A program made the position numbers and the translations under genes. From Nitrospirales bacterium (lineage in GTDB: Bacteria; Nitrospirota; Nitrospiria; Nitrospirales; UBA8639), in the NCBI GenBank assembly GCA_963555755.3, contig OY820905.2, positions 3,264,001-3,328,000 of the forward strand: DNA of 64,000 bases. Direction: 5' to 3'. Below the pieces are notes generated by a model that searched no databases, was not told the origin of the DNA, and was given only the letters and a program-made list of their open reading frames with translations. Shown piece after piece: positions 37,328 to 47,778 of the stretch. Within the stretch, counting starts at the first letter, position 1; each line of letters opens with the position of its first letter.

Positions 37328-38917
37328 TTAAAGTGATATACGGTGGACGTGTTGCAAGCCATCAAAGTTCCCATCCTTCGCAATCGTGAATCCTTTGATG
37401 TCTTGTCGAGCGATAAAGACATGATCTTCGTACCACAACGGCACATAGGGCAAGGCGTCGGCGAGATGAGCCTGAAGCTCCTGATACAAGTTTTTCTTTT
37501 CTTGCGTGTCCTGGGTACTGCCAGCTTGGTCAATCAGAAGGTCGGCTTGCCTGCTCCGAAAGCGGCCGCGATTCGCGCCGTTCGGGGGGATGGATTCGCT
37601 ATGAAACACGTAGTGAAAAATGTCCGGCGTTTTCACCCCAACCCAGGACAGGCTGTACATTTGAAACCGACCGGCTTTGATATCCCCGTAGAATGTGCCC
37701 CAGTCATAGCTGCGAAGATCCACCTCAATTCCAACTTGCGACAATTGATATTGGAGGATGGTGGCCAGTCGCACACGAAACGGATCGCTGGATGTTTTGT
37801 AAGTCAGTTTCAACGGGGCACTTGGGGAAAATCCGGCTTGGGCCAACAGCAAGCGGGCTTTTTCGGGATTGTGTTCGTACCGCCTGAGATTGTGAGCCCC
37901 CGCCCAGTGATCAGGAGGTAACAAGGATTGGGCAGGGCGCGCGGCTCCGCCCATGACGTATTGAATGATCCTTTCTCGATCAATCGCGTGGGCCACGGCC
38001 TGACGGACGAGCCCTTGTTTGGTGTGTGCGTCTTGGAAACTAAAACCCAAATACGAAAAGTTAGTTCCTGGGCTGCGTTGAACGTGAAGCCGAAGATCCT
38101 TGGTTAAATAGGTCACAAGTTCAGGAGGCAAATCATTTTGTACCATGTCGACTTCACCAGCGAGAAGCTTCAGGGCGCGAACAGTAGGGTCCTGCACTTT
38201 GATAAATTCGAATCGTTGCTGATCCTCCAGTCGAACCAGTTCAAGACGTGTGTTATCCGGCCATGCGACAAATGAAAACGGACCACTTCCTATGGGCCTG
38301 GAATGGAAAGGGTGGTTGGTTTGGATTAAGTGCGCCGGGAGAATCCCAATAACGACAAAGCTTGGGAACAAGAGATCGGGACGAGTCAGATGAAAATCGA
38401 TGGTCGCTTCATCCTGAACTATTATGTGATCAATCATGGCCAAGGAACCTCGATGAGGCGAAGCGTTTTCGGCCTTCAACATAAACTCATAGGTGGCTTT
38501 CACGTCTTGTGCCGTGAGAGGAGTTCCGTCATGAAACGAGGCTCGATTGGGATTGAGGTAAAATCGAAAGTGCGTTGGAGCCACTTGCTCCCAAACCGCC
38601 AATGCAGGAATGGGTTCGAAGGCATCGTTGAAATCCACAAGCCGTTCATACAAAAGACGGTTCACTCGATCAGACGTGGCATCCGTGGCAAAGCGGGGGT
38701 CGAGGGTAGTCGGGGCATTGGCCAAACCGAATCGAAACGCATCGGTCGGAGGTTCGGTGCATGCGGTCAGAAGTAGGAAAAGCCCCAAGGTTCCAAATGC
38801 GGTGACGAGCCATAGGGTAAACCTGAAGTTTGGGGGAATATGCGAAGGGAAATTCACGATCGAGGATCGAAGCCTGAACCGGTATGAGCAAGGTAAACTT
38901 ATCAAATATGCATACAA
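37328..38917 (-). CDS. dppA: Peptide ABC transporter substrate-binding lipoprotein (family 5); true start probably downstream of 38917
   Basis: Lipobox LLTAC, LDPR, FHDG.PLTA.DV, PIGSGPF, VRQA.AHAIDR. Confidence 0.87.
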   Translation of the reverse strand: MYAYLISLPCSYRFRLRSSIVNFPSHIPPNFRFTLWLVTAFGTLGLFLLLTACTEPPTDAFRFGLANAPTTLDPRFATDATSDRVNRLLYERLVDFNDAFEPIPALAVWEQVAPTHFRFYLNPNRASFHDGTPLTAQDVKATYEFMLKAENASPHRGSLAMIDHIIVQDEATIDFHLTRPDLLFPSFVVIGILPAHLIQTNHPFHSRPIGSGPFSFVAWPDNTRLELVRLEDQQRFEFIKVQDPTVRALKLLAGEVDMVQNDLPPELVTYLTKDLRLHVQRSPGTNFSYLGFSFQDAHTKQGLVRQAVAHAIDRERIIQYVMGGAARPAQSLLPPDHWAGAHNLRRYEHNPEKARLLLAQAGFSPSAPLKLTYKTSSDPFRVRLATILQYQLSQVGIEVDLRSYDWGTFYGDIKAGRFQMYSLSWVGVKTPDIFHYVFHSESIPPNGANRGRFRSRQADLLIDQAGSTQDTQEKKNLYQELQAHLADALPYVPLWYEDHVFIARQDIKGFTIAKDGNFDGLQHVHRISL

Positions 38918-39058
38918 GAATATACCTAAGTGAAAGACAAGTCTACAATATCATCAAATACTGGAAAGAGTTAAAAACTAGCAAGGGATTGTTGGAAATA
39001 AAAAATTCTCATTACCTTGGCCTACAGTTGGTAAGGTTTGAAACACTCAGAGGCCATA

Positions 39059-39254
39059 GGGAATGTTCAAAAAGGTGCCTTCAGCAAGGCCTAATTCGTA
39101 ATGAGTGACGCGTAATGCGTGATGAGTAAGGAGGCAAGAAGATAGAAGTCAAAACCACTCTTCCGCTTCACGTATCACGCTTCACGCTTCACGTCCCCAA
39201 AAAATGCCGCTGACGCCCCCCCGCCTCCGCGGGGGCATGCTTTTTCAACATTCC
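39059..39254. mobile_element. MITE family A shell whose core is replaced by inverted heptamer arrays, plus a small GC palindrome
   Basis: GGAATGTTCAAAAAGG...TTTTTCAACATTCC; CGTAATG AGTGACG CGTAATG CGTGATG / CGCTTCA CGTATCA CGCTTCA CGCTTCA; CCCCCGCCTCCGCGGGGG. Confidence 0.78.
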
Positions 39255-39322
39255 TATTAATGAATTGCGATGTCTACCGAAATAGTTGATAGAGAGTGGG
39301 CCTTTCAAAGGAGACAGCAGTC

Positions 39323-40819
39323 ATGCTTTTCGGAAATATTGGGAAAAAAGACACTAAACAAAACCAAGTAATAGCAACTGAGCCTCAGACACCATCGAGC
39401 TCCGCTAAAGCCATAAGCGATTCTCCCCAATCTGAATCGATCTACGGAGCCCCGGATTCGACCGCCCCTCTGTTGTCCGCGATTCCGCCTGAACCCGAGA
39501 TCAAAAAACGGGCGTTTCCTCGTGCTCCCACTACCCTTGAAGAAACGGGATTGCCTTCGGAATTATTAGTACAGCTCCTCGTCAAGACGCTCTTCACGGC
39601 TGGCGAGTTAACGGAAGCCTCAGGTGGTGCGCAACTCAAGTTTCCCTATGCCGTGATGAAAGAACTGTTCACCTTGTTAGGACGAGATAAACTCGTGGAA
39701 GTTCTCGGGCATGGTGAATCTCTCGGGGTCTTGTATCGCTATGGACTGACCAATGCCGGGCGGCAACGTGCCCAGGCCTATATGGAAGTGAATCGATACG
39801 TGGGCCCAGCTCCGGTTCCCATCGCGCAATATGTATCCATGGTGCGGAGCCAACCGGTTTCGGATTTGTGCATTGACCGCCAAACCGTTGAGGAGGCCAC
39901 CAAGCATCTGGTGTTACCTGCAGAGTCGGTGGAGCAGGTAGGCGAAGCGGTGAATTCCGGTTGGGCGATCTTCCTCTATGGCCCGCCCGGCAATGGGAAA
40001 ACCGTGATCGCAGAAGCCATTGGCCACATGTTAGGCATGGTGGGGGGTGGCGAAATTTTCGTGCCCTACGCGATCGAAGTGGATAGCCAGATCATTCAGG
40101 TGTTTGATCCGCTCACTCACAAACCCATCGATCCACTGGCAGATTCGCCGCGTTCTTTGATCGAAACAACAATCGAACACGATAACCGATGGATTGCCTG
40201 TAAGCGACCGGTTGAATTTGCCGGAGGGGAATTAACTCTGGCAATGCTTGATCTTACTTTTAACCCCTCGGCGAAATTCTATCAGGCTCCTCCGCATATC
40301 AAGGCCAATGGCGGCGTCTTCCTGATTGATGATTTTGGCCGCCAACTGGTCCGACCCCGCGACCTGCTGAATCGATGGATCGTCCCGTTAGAGAAGCGTG
40401 TGGACTATCTCACCCTGCACACGGGAAAAGTCTTCCAGATTCCGTTTGACACGATCGTGATATTTGCCACCAATCTCGAGCCTCAAAAATTAGCCGATGA
40501 AGCATTTTTGCGTCGGATTCGGAACAAGATCTTGGTGGGTGATCCCACCCCGGAAACCTATACCAAAATTTTTCAAACCATCTGTGAACAAAAGAAGGTG
40601 AAGTTTGATCCAAGCGCCATGGACTATTTGTTTCGCAATGTGTATCAAAAACACCGCATTAATCTGCGGAGTTGTCATCCTCGTGATCTGGTTGATCACA
40701 TTTTGAGTATTGCCAAATTCAATGGCGTGCCCCCGACTCTTGATCGAACCCTACTCGATCGCGCATCCAGAACCTACTTCTTCTTAAGCGACCTCGATCG
40801 CCCGCCAGTACCTACCTAA
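39323..40819 (+). CDS. AAA+ P-loop ATPase with an N-terminal wHTH-like region
   Basis: YGPPGNGKT, LIDDFGRQ, FATNL, DEAFLRRI; RBS AAGGAG before ATG 39323. Confidence 0.85.
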   Translation: MLFGNIGKKDTKQNQVIATEPQTPSSSAKAISDSPQSESIYGAPDSTAPLLSAIPPEPEIKKRAFPRAPTTLEETGLPSELLVQLLVKTLFTAGELTEASGGAQLKFPYAVMKELFTLLGRDKLVEVLGHGESLGVLYRYGLTNAGRQRAQAYMEVNRYVGPAPVPIAQYVSMVRSQPVSDLCIDRQTVEEATKHLVLPAESVEQVGEAVNSGWAIFLYGPPGNGKTVIAEAIGHMLGMVGGGEIFVPYAIEVDSQIIQVFDPLTHKPIDPLADSPRSLIETTIEHDNRWIACKRPVEFAGGELTLAMLDLTFNPSAKFYQAPPHIKANGGVFLIDDFGRQLVRPRDLLNRWIVPLEKRVDYLTLHTGKVFQIPFDTIVIFATNLEPQKLADEAFLRRIRNKILVGDPTPETYTKIFQTICEQKKVKFDPSAMDYLFRNVYQKHRINLRSCHPRDLVDHILSIAKFNGVPPTLDRTLLDRASRTYFFLSDLDRPPVPT

Positions 40820-40821
40820 CC

Positions 40822-40885
40822 CGTCGCTCGCATCTCGTATCTCGTCTTTCATATTTTTTTTAGCGACCATCGACGAGCAACGGGT
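40822..40885. repeat. Inverted heptamer arrays
   Basis: CGTCGCT CGCATCT CGTATCT CGTCTTT ... GCGACCA TCGACGA GCAACGG. Confidence 0.7.
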
Positions 40886-40955
40886 TATGGTCTCCCAACT
40901 CAATTCGTGATACAAAGATCAGTACATTGCCGCGAAATGTTGTAGGCTTGTTTAA

Positions 40956-41924
40956 GTGGGAGAAATGGTGATGAAAGCGATAGCGATTCAGGAGTTTGGC
41001 GGACGCGACAAACTACAACTGATGGATCTGCCGGTTCCGGCACTTGAGGGACAAGAGGTTCTGATCCGAATCAAAGCCGCCGGGGTCAATCCGGTTGATT
41101 GGAAAATTCGAGAGGGATTTTTACGGGACTTTTTACCTCATGAGTTTCCGATCGTTCTCGGCTGGGATACGGCCGGTGTCGTCGAGAAAATCGGGAATGA
41201 GGTAACAGGACATCACGTTGGTGATGAAGTCTTTTCGTACTGCCGTTTACCCGTGATTCATAACGGGTCCTATGCCGAATATATCGCTTTGCCAGCCGAC
41301 ATCGTGGCCAAGAAACCTGCGAGTCTGTCTTTCGAACAAGCCGCCTCGATGCCACTTGCGGGTTTAACAGCGTATCAATCATTGTTCGATGCCGGTGGGT
41401 TACAACGCGGAGACATCGTCCTCATTCACGCGGCGGCTGGAGGCGTTGGCGGATTTGCGGTGCAGTTGACCAAGCAGTGTGGCGCAACCGTCATTGGGAC
41501 CGCGAGCCCACGCAATCATGACTATCTTCGTGGGTTAGGTGCTGATCGAGTCATCGATTATTTGACGCAGGATTTTCGACAGGTGGTTCGTGAGTGGTAT
41601 CCTTCAGGTGTAGACCTTGTCTACGATTGTGTGGGCGGCGATGTGTTGGAGCAGAGCGTGGAGATCCTCAGTCCGACCGGACGCCTCATCACAATTGCCG
41701 AACCAGCTCACGCTGAAACCATGACGGCACAAGGCATCAATGTTCAGTTCGTGTTTGTGGCACCCCATGCTCGGCAGCTTGAGGAGTTGGCCAACATGGC
41801 CAACCAAGGGCAGCTCCACACGCATGTGTCTGGCACATTCCCACTTGAAGAAGCCGTTCAAGCCCATGAGATTCTCGAAACCCAGCATGTGAAGGGGAAG
41901 CTGGTGCTGACTATGAGGACGTGA
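40956..41924 (+). CDS. NADP-dependent oxidoreductase (MDR / quinone oxidoreductase-like)
   Basis: AAGVNPVDWK, LG.D.AG.V, HAAAGGVG, GKLVL. Confidence 0.9.
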   Translation: MGEMVMKAIAIQEFGGRDKLQLMDLPVPALEGQEVLIRIKAAGVNPVDWKIREGFLRDFLPHEFPIVLGWDTAGVVEKIGNEVTGHHVGDEVFSYCRLPVIHNGSYAEYIALPADIVAKKPASLSFEQAASMPLAGLTAYQSLFDAGGLQRGDIVLIHAAAGGVGGFAVQLTKQCGATVIGTASPRNHDYLRGLGADRVIDYLTQDFRQVVREWYPSGVDLVYDCVGGDVLEQSVEILSPTGRLITIAEPAHAETMTAQGINVQFVFVAPHARQLEELANMANQGQLHTHVSGTFPLEEAVQAHEILETQHVKGKLVLTMRT

Positions 41925-42010
41925 AGCGTGATTCGTGAAACGTCAAGCGTGAAAGAAACGCCGTTCCTCTTTTTCCCTGCGCTTCACGCATGACGCTTCA
42001 CCCTTCACGT
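41920..42010. repeat. Inverted heptamer arrays that supply the upstream gene's stop codon
   Basis: CGTGAAG CGTGATT CGTGAAA CGTCAAG CGTGAAA ... CGCTTCA CGCATGA CGCTTCA CCCTTCA CG. Confidence 0.85.
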
Positions 42011-42084
42011 CCACAAAGAACGTTGCTGGCAGTCCCTCGCCGCCGCAGGAGTATGGTTTTTCAACAGCCCCCCCATGTGTATCC

Positions 42085-43542
42085 ATGAAAACGATTACCG
42101 CACAAGACTTGTATAATCTCACCAAATGCCATCATCGCGTGTACCTTGATGCCAATGGCAACCCCGAAGAAAAAGGGGAAGTCGGATCGTTTGTGAAGCT
42201 CCTCTGGGAGTTGGGGTTGCAAACCGAGCGCGAGTATATCGCGAGTATCGGGGATTTTCTTGTAGAAGATTTGGAAGCTCTGTCTGTTGAGCAGGCCTTT
42301 CATGAAACCATCAGATTGATGCGCGATGGCGCGCCCCTGATTTATCAAGGCTGCTTGATCGATGGGCCCTATGTCGGGCGTCCGGATTTGCTCGTGAAGC
42401 GGGAAGAGGGAGAGTCTCAGTTCGGGGCATACCTGTATGAGGCCATCGATATTAAAGCAGGCAGAGGGTGGGAACGAGCCGAAAGCCGCAAACCCAAGTT
42501 CAAGGAGCACTACGCGTTTCAGATTTTGTTTTATCGGATGCTGTTGACACGTATTCAGGGTGCCGTTGTTCCACTGGGTCGGATCATCAATATTGATAAA
42601 CAGATTGAAGAGTTTGATCCCATGAGTTTTGAGTTGCCGTTCCAAGCCGCGTTAGAGACAGCCTCCCAGCTTGTTCAGGGCAAGGAAACTTCCGAGCCAG
42701 TCCTGGGGAGCCAGTGTCTCTTGTGCGAGTGGTTTCGCCGATGTCACCGGTGGGTCAAGACGCACGATGATCCGTCAGGCTTGTTTTTTGTTGGGAAGCA
42801 AAAGTTTCGTCTCAAAGAGGTCGGTCTTCGGACGATCCATGATATCGCGAAGATGGACGTGCCTGAGTATCTCACCCCAGCAAACAAAATCCCGCGGATG
42901 GGTGAAAAAGCTTTAACACGGATGAAAGAAAGAGCCGGGGTTATGCTATCAGGGAAGCCGTGGATTCGGCAGGGTTATTCTTTTCCTCACACCGAGCGAG
43001 AGATTTACTTTGATATTGAAGACGATCCGACACAGGGCGTGACCTATCTGTTTGGCCTGTTAATCCACGATCCACACGTTCCCCCCGAGTTTCAATATTT
43101 CGTGGCGCGGGACCCTACAGAAGAAGAACAGACGGTTCGGGCATTTTGGGACTTTATCGCATCAGCCGGTGATGTGACGTATTATGTCTACTCGCACAAG
43201 GAACGCAGTTCGTTGCGACAGTTGATGGAGCGATATGGATTAGACCAAGACGTGTTCACCACCTATGTCGAACGAGAGTATGATCTCTATTCCGATTTGA
43301 TTGTGACCTATTCCGATTGGCCCACGTTTTCGTACAGCATTAAACAGATTGCGAAGCAGATCGGATTTCATTGGCGTGACACCGATCCTTCTGGGGCCAA
43401 CTCCATTGCGTGGTACAACGAGTACCTGGCCCACCCAGAGCAGGAACAACTTTTGACCCGAATTCTTCAATACAACGAAGATGATTGTCGGGCCATGGTC
43501 GCGTTGAAACAGTTTTTTGAAAAGCACTCGAATGAAGTATAA
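42085..43542 (+). CDS. TM0106-family RecB-like putative nuclease with an RNase H-like C-terminus
   Basis: GRPDLL...Y...DIK, Q...Y, C..CEW...C, FDIEDDP, YSIK.IA, YNEDDC. Confidence 0.88.
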   Translation: MKTITAQDLYNLTKCHHRVYLDANGNPEEKGEVGSFVKLLWELGLQTEREYIASIGDFLVEDLEALSVEQAFHETIRLMRDGAPLIYQGCLIDGPYVGRPDLLVKREEGESQFGAYLYEAIDIKAGRGWERAESRKPKFKEHYAFQILFYRMLLTRIQGAVVPLGRIINIDKQIEEFDPMSFELPFQAALETASQLVQGKETSEPVLGSQCLLCEWFRRCHRWVKTHDDPSGLFFVGKQKFRLKEVGLRTIHDIAKMDVPEYLTPANKIPRMGEKALTRMKERAGVMLSGKPWIRQGYSFPHTEREIYFDIEDDPTQGVTYLFGLLIHDPHVPPEFQYFVARDPTEEEQTVRAFWDFIASAGDVTYYVYSHKERSSLRQLMERYGLDQDVFTTYVEREYDLYSDLIVTYSDWPTFSYSIKQIAKQIGFHWRDTDPSGANSIAWYNEYLAHPEQEQLLTRILQYNEDDCRAMVALKQFFEKHSNEV

Positions 43543-43584
43543 CCGGACGCGGAATAGGGGTGACACGCACCAATTGGAGAATTT

Positions 43585-45807
43585 TTAAATTTTGCCTGCG
43601 CTGCCTTTGCCTCGATGATTCAGCATCCAGTCTTGAGCATTCAGCGGGGTAACTTCCGGTCCGGGTTGCAGGCGTTCATAGCTGCCATCGGAGCACAAAC
43701 GGCGAGTCTTCAGATTATCATGAAAGTAGATTTCCAGAAGATCGTGTAATAGGGTCTCGCGAAGGCGAGCTGATTCCACAGGAAAGAGTATCTCGACCCG
43801 CCGATCCAAATTTCGAGGCATCAAGTCCGCACTCCCTAAAAACACTTCGTCTTGTCCTCCGTTTCGAAAATAATAGATTCGGGCATGTTCGAGAAAGCGC
43901 CCGACAATGGAGGTGACGGTAATATGCTCACTGACTCCGGGCATGCCTGGTCGTAAACCGCACACGCCTCTGATTTGGAGATGGATTTTCACGCCGGCTT
44001 GGGAAGCCCGGTAGAGCGCTTGAATGCAGGATTTGTCGGCTAACGCATTCATTTTGAAGGCGATATACCCATCCTGGCCCGTCTGTTGGTGTACGATTTC
44101 CCGGTTGATGCGTTCGAGGATTTGTTCTCGCATCATGCGCGGGGCTACGAGGAGTTTGTTATAGGTGGCTTTGCGCGAATATCCGGTGAGAGCGTTGAAT
44201 AAATCTGATACATCGGCTCCGACAGCAGGATGACAGGTGAAAAAGCTGAAGTCCGTGTACATACGACTGGTCACGGGATTGTAATTGCCTGTTCCCAAAT
44301 GAATATAGCGCCGAATGCCGTCTTCGTCACGACGGACGACGAGACACATCTTGGCGTGAGTCTTGAGTCCTAAGACCCCATACACGACGTGCACGCCTTC
44401 CGCTTCGAGCTTCCGCGCCCATTCGATATTATTTTCTTCATCGAACCTGGCTTTGAGCTCAAAGAGGACCGCTACCTGCTTGCCGTTTTGTCTGGCTTCC
44501 ATCAGGGCATCCACGATAGCCGAATTCGATCCTACCCGATACAAGGTTTGTTTGATCGCCAACACGTTGGAATCACTAGCGGCTTCACGAAGGAAATCCA
44601 CCACCGGCATGAAATTATCATACGGGTGATACAAGAGAACGTCTTCGCGTCGGATTGTGGAAAACAGGCTTTCGCTTTTCTGAAGAATGTCTGGCGTAGC
44701 AGGGAGAAAGGGAGGAAATTTGAGATCAGGCCGTTCGATTTTCGTTAATTCCATGAGGTTGGAGAGCCCGAGTGGAAGATCCTGAGTGTACACCTGATAG
44801 GGGGCCAAGTTCAGATTCCGCACGAGCACTTCCCGAATGCTGTCCGGGGTGGATTGGTCAATTTCCAAACGAACGACCGATCCGAAATGTCGTTGATCGA
44901 TCTGTTCTTCGATCGTTTCCAAAAGATCACCGGCTTCGTCTTCTTCGACTTCAAAATCCGCATCGCGGGTTATTCGGAAAGGGTAAGCGGCGATGATCTT
45001 TAACCCGGGAAACAGGAGCCCAATATTGGCGGCCACGACTTCTTCAAGCCAGACGAAGTTGTTCTCGGCTAATTCGGTCAACCCGAGTTGTTCGCTTTCC
45101 GTGACCCTATCTTCGTTGGGAATGCGGAGAAGGCGTGGAAAGGTGTCGGGGATTTTGACCCTAGCGAAACACTCCCCTCGCTCTGGATCCTTGGCAACGA
45201 CCGCTAGATTAAAACTTAGGTTCGAAATATGAGGAAACGGATGTGCTGGATCAAAGGCCAGGGGGGTCAGCGTGGGAAAGATTTCTCGTGAAAAATAGCG
45301 TCGCAAGAGTTGTCGCTGTTTGGGCTGAAGTTGATTGTAACGCAGGACATGGATGCCGGATAATTCAAGCTTAGGCAGAAGGTCGTTTTGCCAACAATGG
45401 GAAAAACGAGTGAGTTGGCCCATCAATTCCTGACGGACCGACGAAATTTGCTCGGACGGTGTCATGCCGTCCGGCGGGGCTTCCAGGACCCCTCCAGTTA
45501 ATTGTTCCCGGAGACCGGAAATCCGAATCATAAAAAATTCGTCAAGATTGCTGGAAAAGATGGAGAGGTATTTGACCCGTTCGAGGAGAGGTTGTTCAAT
45601 ATCTTCAGCTTCTTCAAGCACGCGGGCGTTGAACTGGAGCCAACTCAACTCCCGATTGATGTAGAGCCGAGGGGTGTCGAGGTCGACAGGATCGGTTACG
45701 ACCTTTAAAGGTAAGGGGGCAGGACTGGTTGACATGGTCTCGACCTCCGCCGCTTCACTTCCCATCGTAATAGTAGGCAAAAGGTTTCGTTGCGACAAGG
45801 GGTTCAT
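43585..45807 (-). CDS. ppk1: Polyphosphate kinase 1
   Basis: NRELSWL.FN.RV, NLDEFFMIR, KQTLYR, ELKARFDE, KTHAK, GTGNYN, RFLEH, SADLM.RNL; start uncertain (45807, 45765 or 45735). Confidence 0.95.
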   Translation of the reverse strand: MNPLSQRNLLPTITMGSEAAEVETMSTSPAPLPLKVVTDPVDLDTPRLYINRELSWLQFNARVLEEAEDIEQPLLERVKYLSIFSSNLDEFFMIRISGLREQLTGGVLEAPPDGMTPSEQISSVRQELMGQLTRFSHCWQNDLLPKLELSGIHVLRYNQLQPKQRQLLRRYFSREIFPTLTPLAFDPAHPFPHISNLSFNLAVVAKDPERGECFARVKIPDTFPRLLRIPNEDRVTESEQLGLTELAENNFVWLEEVVAANIGLLFPGLKIIAAYPFRITRDADFEVEEDEAGDLLETIEEQIDQRHFGSVVRLEIDQSTPDSIREVLVRNLNLAPYQVYTQDLPLGLSNLMELTKIERPDLKFPPFLPATPDILQKSESLFSTIRREDVLLYHPYDNFMPVVDFLREAASDSNVLAIKQTLYRVGSNSAIVDALMEARQNGKQVAVLFELKARFDEENNIEWARKLEAEGVHVVYGVLGLKTHAKMCLVVRRDEDGIRRYIHLGTGNYNPVTSRMYTDFSFFTCHPAVGADVSDLFNALTGYSRKATYNKLLVAPRMMREQILERINREIVHQQTGQDGYIAFKMNALADKSCIQALYRASQAGVKIHLQIRGVCGLRPGMPGVSEHITVTSIVGRFLEHARIYYFRNGGQDEVFLGSADLMPRNLDRRVEILFPVESARLRETLLHDLLEIYFHDNLKTRRLCSDGSYERLQPGPEVTPLNAQDWMLNHRGKGSAGKI

Positions 45808-45868
45808 GGTGATCCGGCTCGGAGTGTGGTTCTTCTTGTATATCGGTTGTTTTGGGGGATTGTTTAAC

Positions 45869-46028
45869 CTAGAAACGGCAGTTGGGCGCAAAAAAGACGT
45901 GTAAGATATTGGTGTGCATGGTGAAATACAAAAAGTCGTGTCACCTCTCTGGTGATGAGACCTTTTTGTATTTTGCCAGGTGCGCCAAGGGCTTGCGCGG
46001 ACTTTTGTGATCCAACTGCTGTTTCTAG
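45869..46028. mobile_element. MITE family C, uninterrupted 160-bp copy
   Basis: CTAGAAACGGCAGTTGG ... CCAACTGCTGTTTCTAG. Confidence 0.85.
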
Positions 46029-46038
46029 GTTTAAGGAC

Positions 46039-47499
46039 TCATGACGATTCTGAATAGGCCAAACGGCCACGCTTTTTCAGTTTGGCCCATTCTCGTGGAA
46101 AGGTGGCCCGGGCCTGCCGGCGACGAGACCGTAACCGTTCAAGCACTTGTCCCATTGCAAATGCCGTCTTGACCCCTCGCGTCGCTGGCAATAAGTCCCG
46201 AAGGTGTTTCTCGGCGATGATAGTATCCTGATGGTCGCCCAGCAGGTCCTGGACGCGCTTGGTTTGTTGGATGAACCGCGATGCGGCCCTTTCCATGGTG
46301 CCTTGAGCTAATTCGGCAGCATATCGAGCCCGTTTTGTTCGAACGCGGACCCGGTGGAGTTCCTGATCAGAGGGATCCGCGCTCAAGTGTTGAACCTCTC
46401 GTCGAAGTTTGTTGAATTCCTTGCGGGCGAGTTGTTGAAGCGAAGTGTCCTCACCGGTATTCACCATAGGGTGTTGAATGGCTTCCTCCAGGTGATTGAG
46501 AAGTTTGAGATATCGATCGCTCCGAAGTGTATCGAGTAATTGGGCACGGGCGATGGACCGTTGTGTCTCAAGCGTGGCCAACACGCGTTCAAAGATGTTT
46601 CGTTCCGCCAGGAGAAGAGACGATCCCTCATGATGGAGATATTCGAGAAGGACATCATAATCCCGCACGGCTCCCAGGACCCGGCCCAACCAACCCACTT
46701 CTGTCCGGAGAGGGTCACTCCATTCCGGCAGGAGTAACACCCGTCCTATCCGGAGGAGTGCTCGAAACCGTCTTGTGCTGACCCGCATTTGATGCAGCTC
46801 TTCGGGGTCTTTTCCGAATCGTGTTCCAGGATCATGAAGAAGGAGTCCTTTGACCTCTTGTTGGAGCATGACTTTGATATGGTCGATAGGCGCTGCGGAG
46901 GGGTGAACCCCAGGCGGATCGGTTTCAAACTGAATCCCAAGGGCCTTGATCACCTTCGGCCGAGGGTCTCCATCTTCTGCCCCAGCGGCTCGAAGAAGGA
47001 ATACCAGCCGTTTCAGTTCTTTCTCATTCCCGCCTAAGAGTTCAATCTCAATCTCGGAAAATCGCTCGATTGTCCGACGGCCATCCAGGATGGTCACCCG
47101 ATCGGTCACGATATCCGCAAGCGGACCATCAAGAGTGGTCACCCGGATGCCTGACCGTTTGATTTGAAGTTTTGCCACCGAAGAGCATGTTTCTTTACGC
47201 AAAAGCCCAAAGAGTAAATCAAGGAACGGTTCGGGGGGAGTGGGACGATTTCCGGGAATCTCAAGTTCCAACCTCGCCTGGTGTTGAGGAAGTTGGAGCT
47301 GCCAACGCACCTTTCGATTTTCCGTTCGGCGACGAAGCGTGATTCCCAACCGGGCCAATGTATACGCCGGGGTATCGAAGTACGTGGAGGTGAAAACCCG
47401 AGGGACGAGAGGCTCACCGGGAATATCGGGGAGACGAAAGCGTGATCCAATACTCAGCTTGATTCCTCGCTCAACTCTTTTGCGCAACGTGTATTCCAT
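46039..47499 (-). CDS. CYTH + CHAD domain protein
   Basis: YFDT...TLRRR and EIEIEL (CYTH); LHQMRV.TRR.R, LG.VRD.DV, LHRVR...KRARY, QD.LGDHQD (CHAD). Confidence 0.9.
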   Translation of the reverse strand: MEYTLRKRVERGIKLSIGSRFRLPDIPGEPLVPRVFTSTYFDTPAYTLARLGITLRRRTENRKVRWQLQLPQHQARLELEIPGNRPTPPEPFLDLLFGLLRKETCSSVAKLQIKRSGIRVTTLDGPLADIVTDRVTILDGRRTIERFSEIEIELLGGNEKELKRLVFLLRAAGAEDGDPRPKVIKALGIQFETDPPGVHPSAAPIDHIKVMLQQEVKGLLLHDPGTRFGKDPEELHQMRVSTRRFRALLRIGRVLLLPEWSDPLRTEVGWLGRVLGAVRDYDVLLEYLHHEGSSLLLAERNIFERVLATLETQRSIARAQLLDTLRSDRYLKLLNHLEEAIQHPMVNTGEDTSLQQLARKEFNKLRREVQHLSADPSDQELHRVRVRTKRARYAAELAQGTMERAASRFIQQTKRVQDLLGDHQDTIIAEKHLRDLLPATRGVKTAFAMGQVLERLRSRRRQARATFPREWAKLKKRGRLAYSESS

Positions 47500-47778
47500 A
47501 ATCGGATGGCAAGCAAAGGTTTATAAAAACCCAGTGAAATTCGGAAACAAAAATTTTAACATGTCTGACCTCACAACAGTATGAAATTTTTGGTGGTGGC
47601 ATGGGTTGTTATGGAGGGGCCAAGTAGTAGAAAATACCCCGCTAACTCTTATAGGTCACCCCTTTGGACAAGGGGGTGAGGGGGATGTTCCAATCTCTTT
47701 TCCTCCTGAATACCCCGCTGCTTGCGGCGGGGATTATTAATTCTCACGAATCCAAATAAAGGTACCATCATTTTGAAC

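Noticed and set aside
7823..42010. CRISPR array
   Set aside because: The repeats are 7-mers or dispersed MITEs; there are no regularly spaced 25-45 bp direct repeats with unique spacers, including near the TIGR02710-like gene.
45808..45891. Long N-terminal extension of Ppk1
   Set aside because: The ORF-track start lies inside MITE C.
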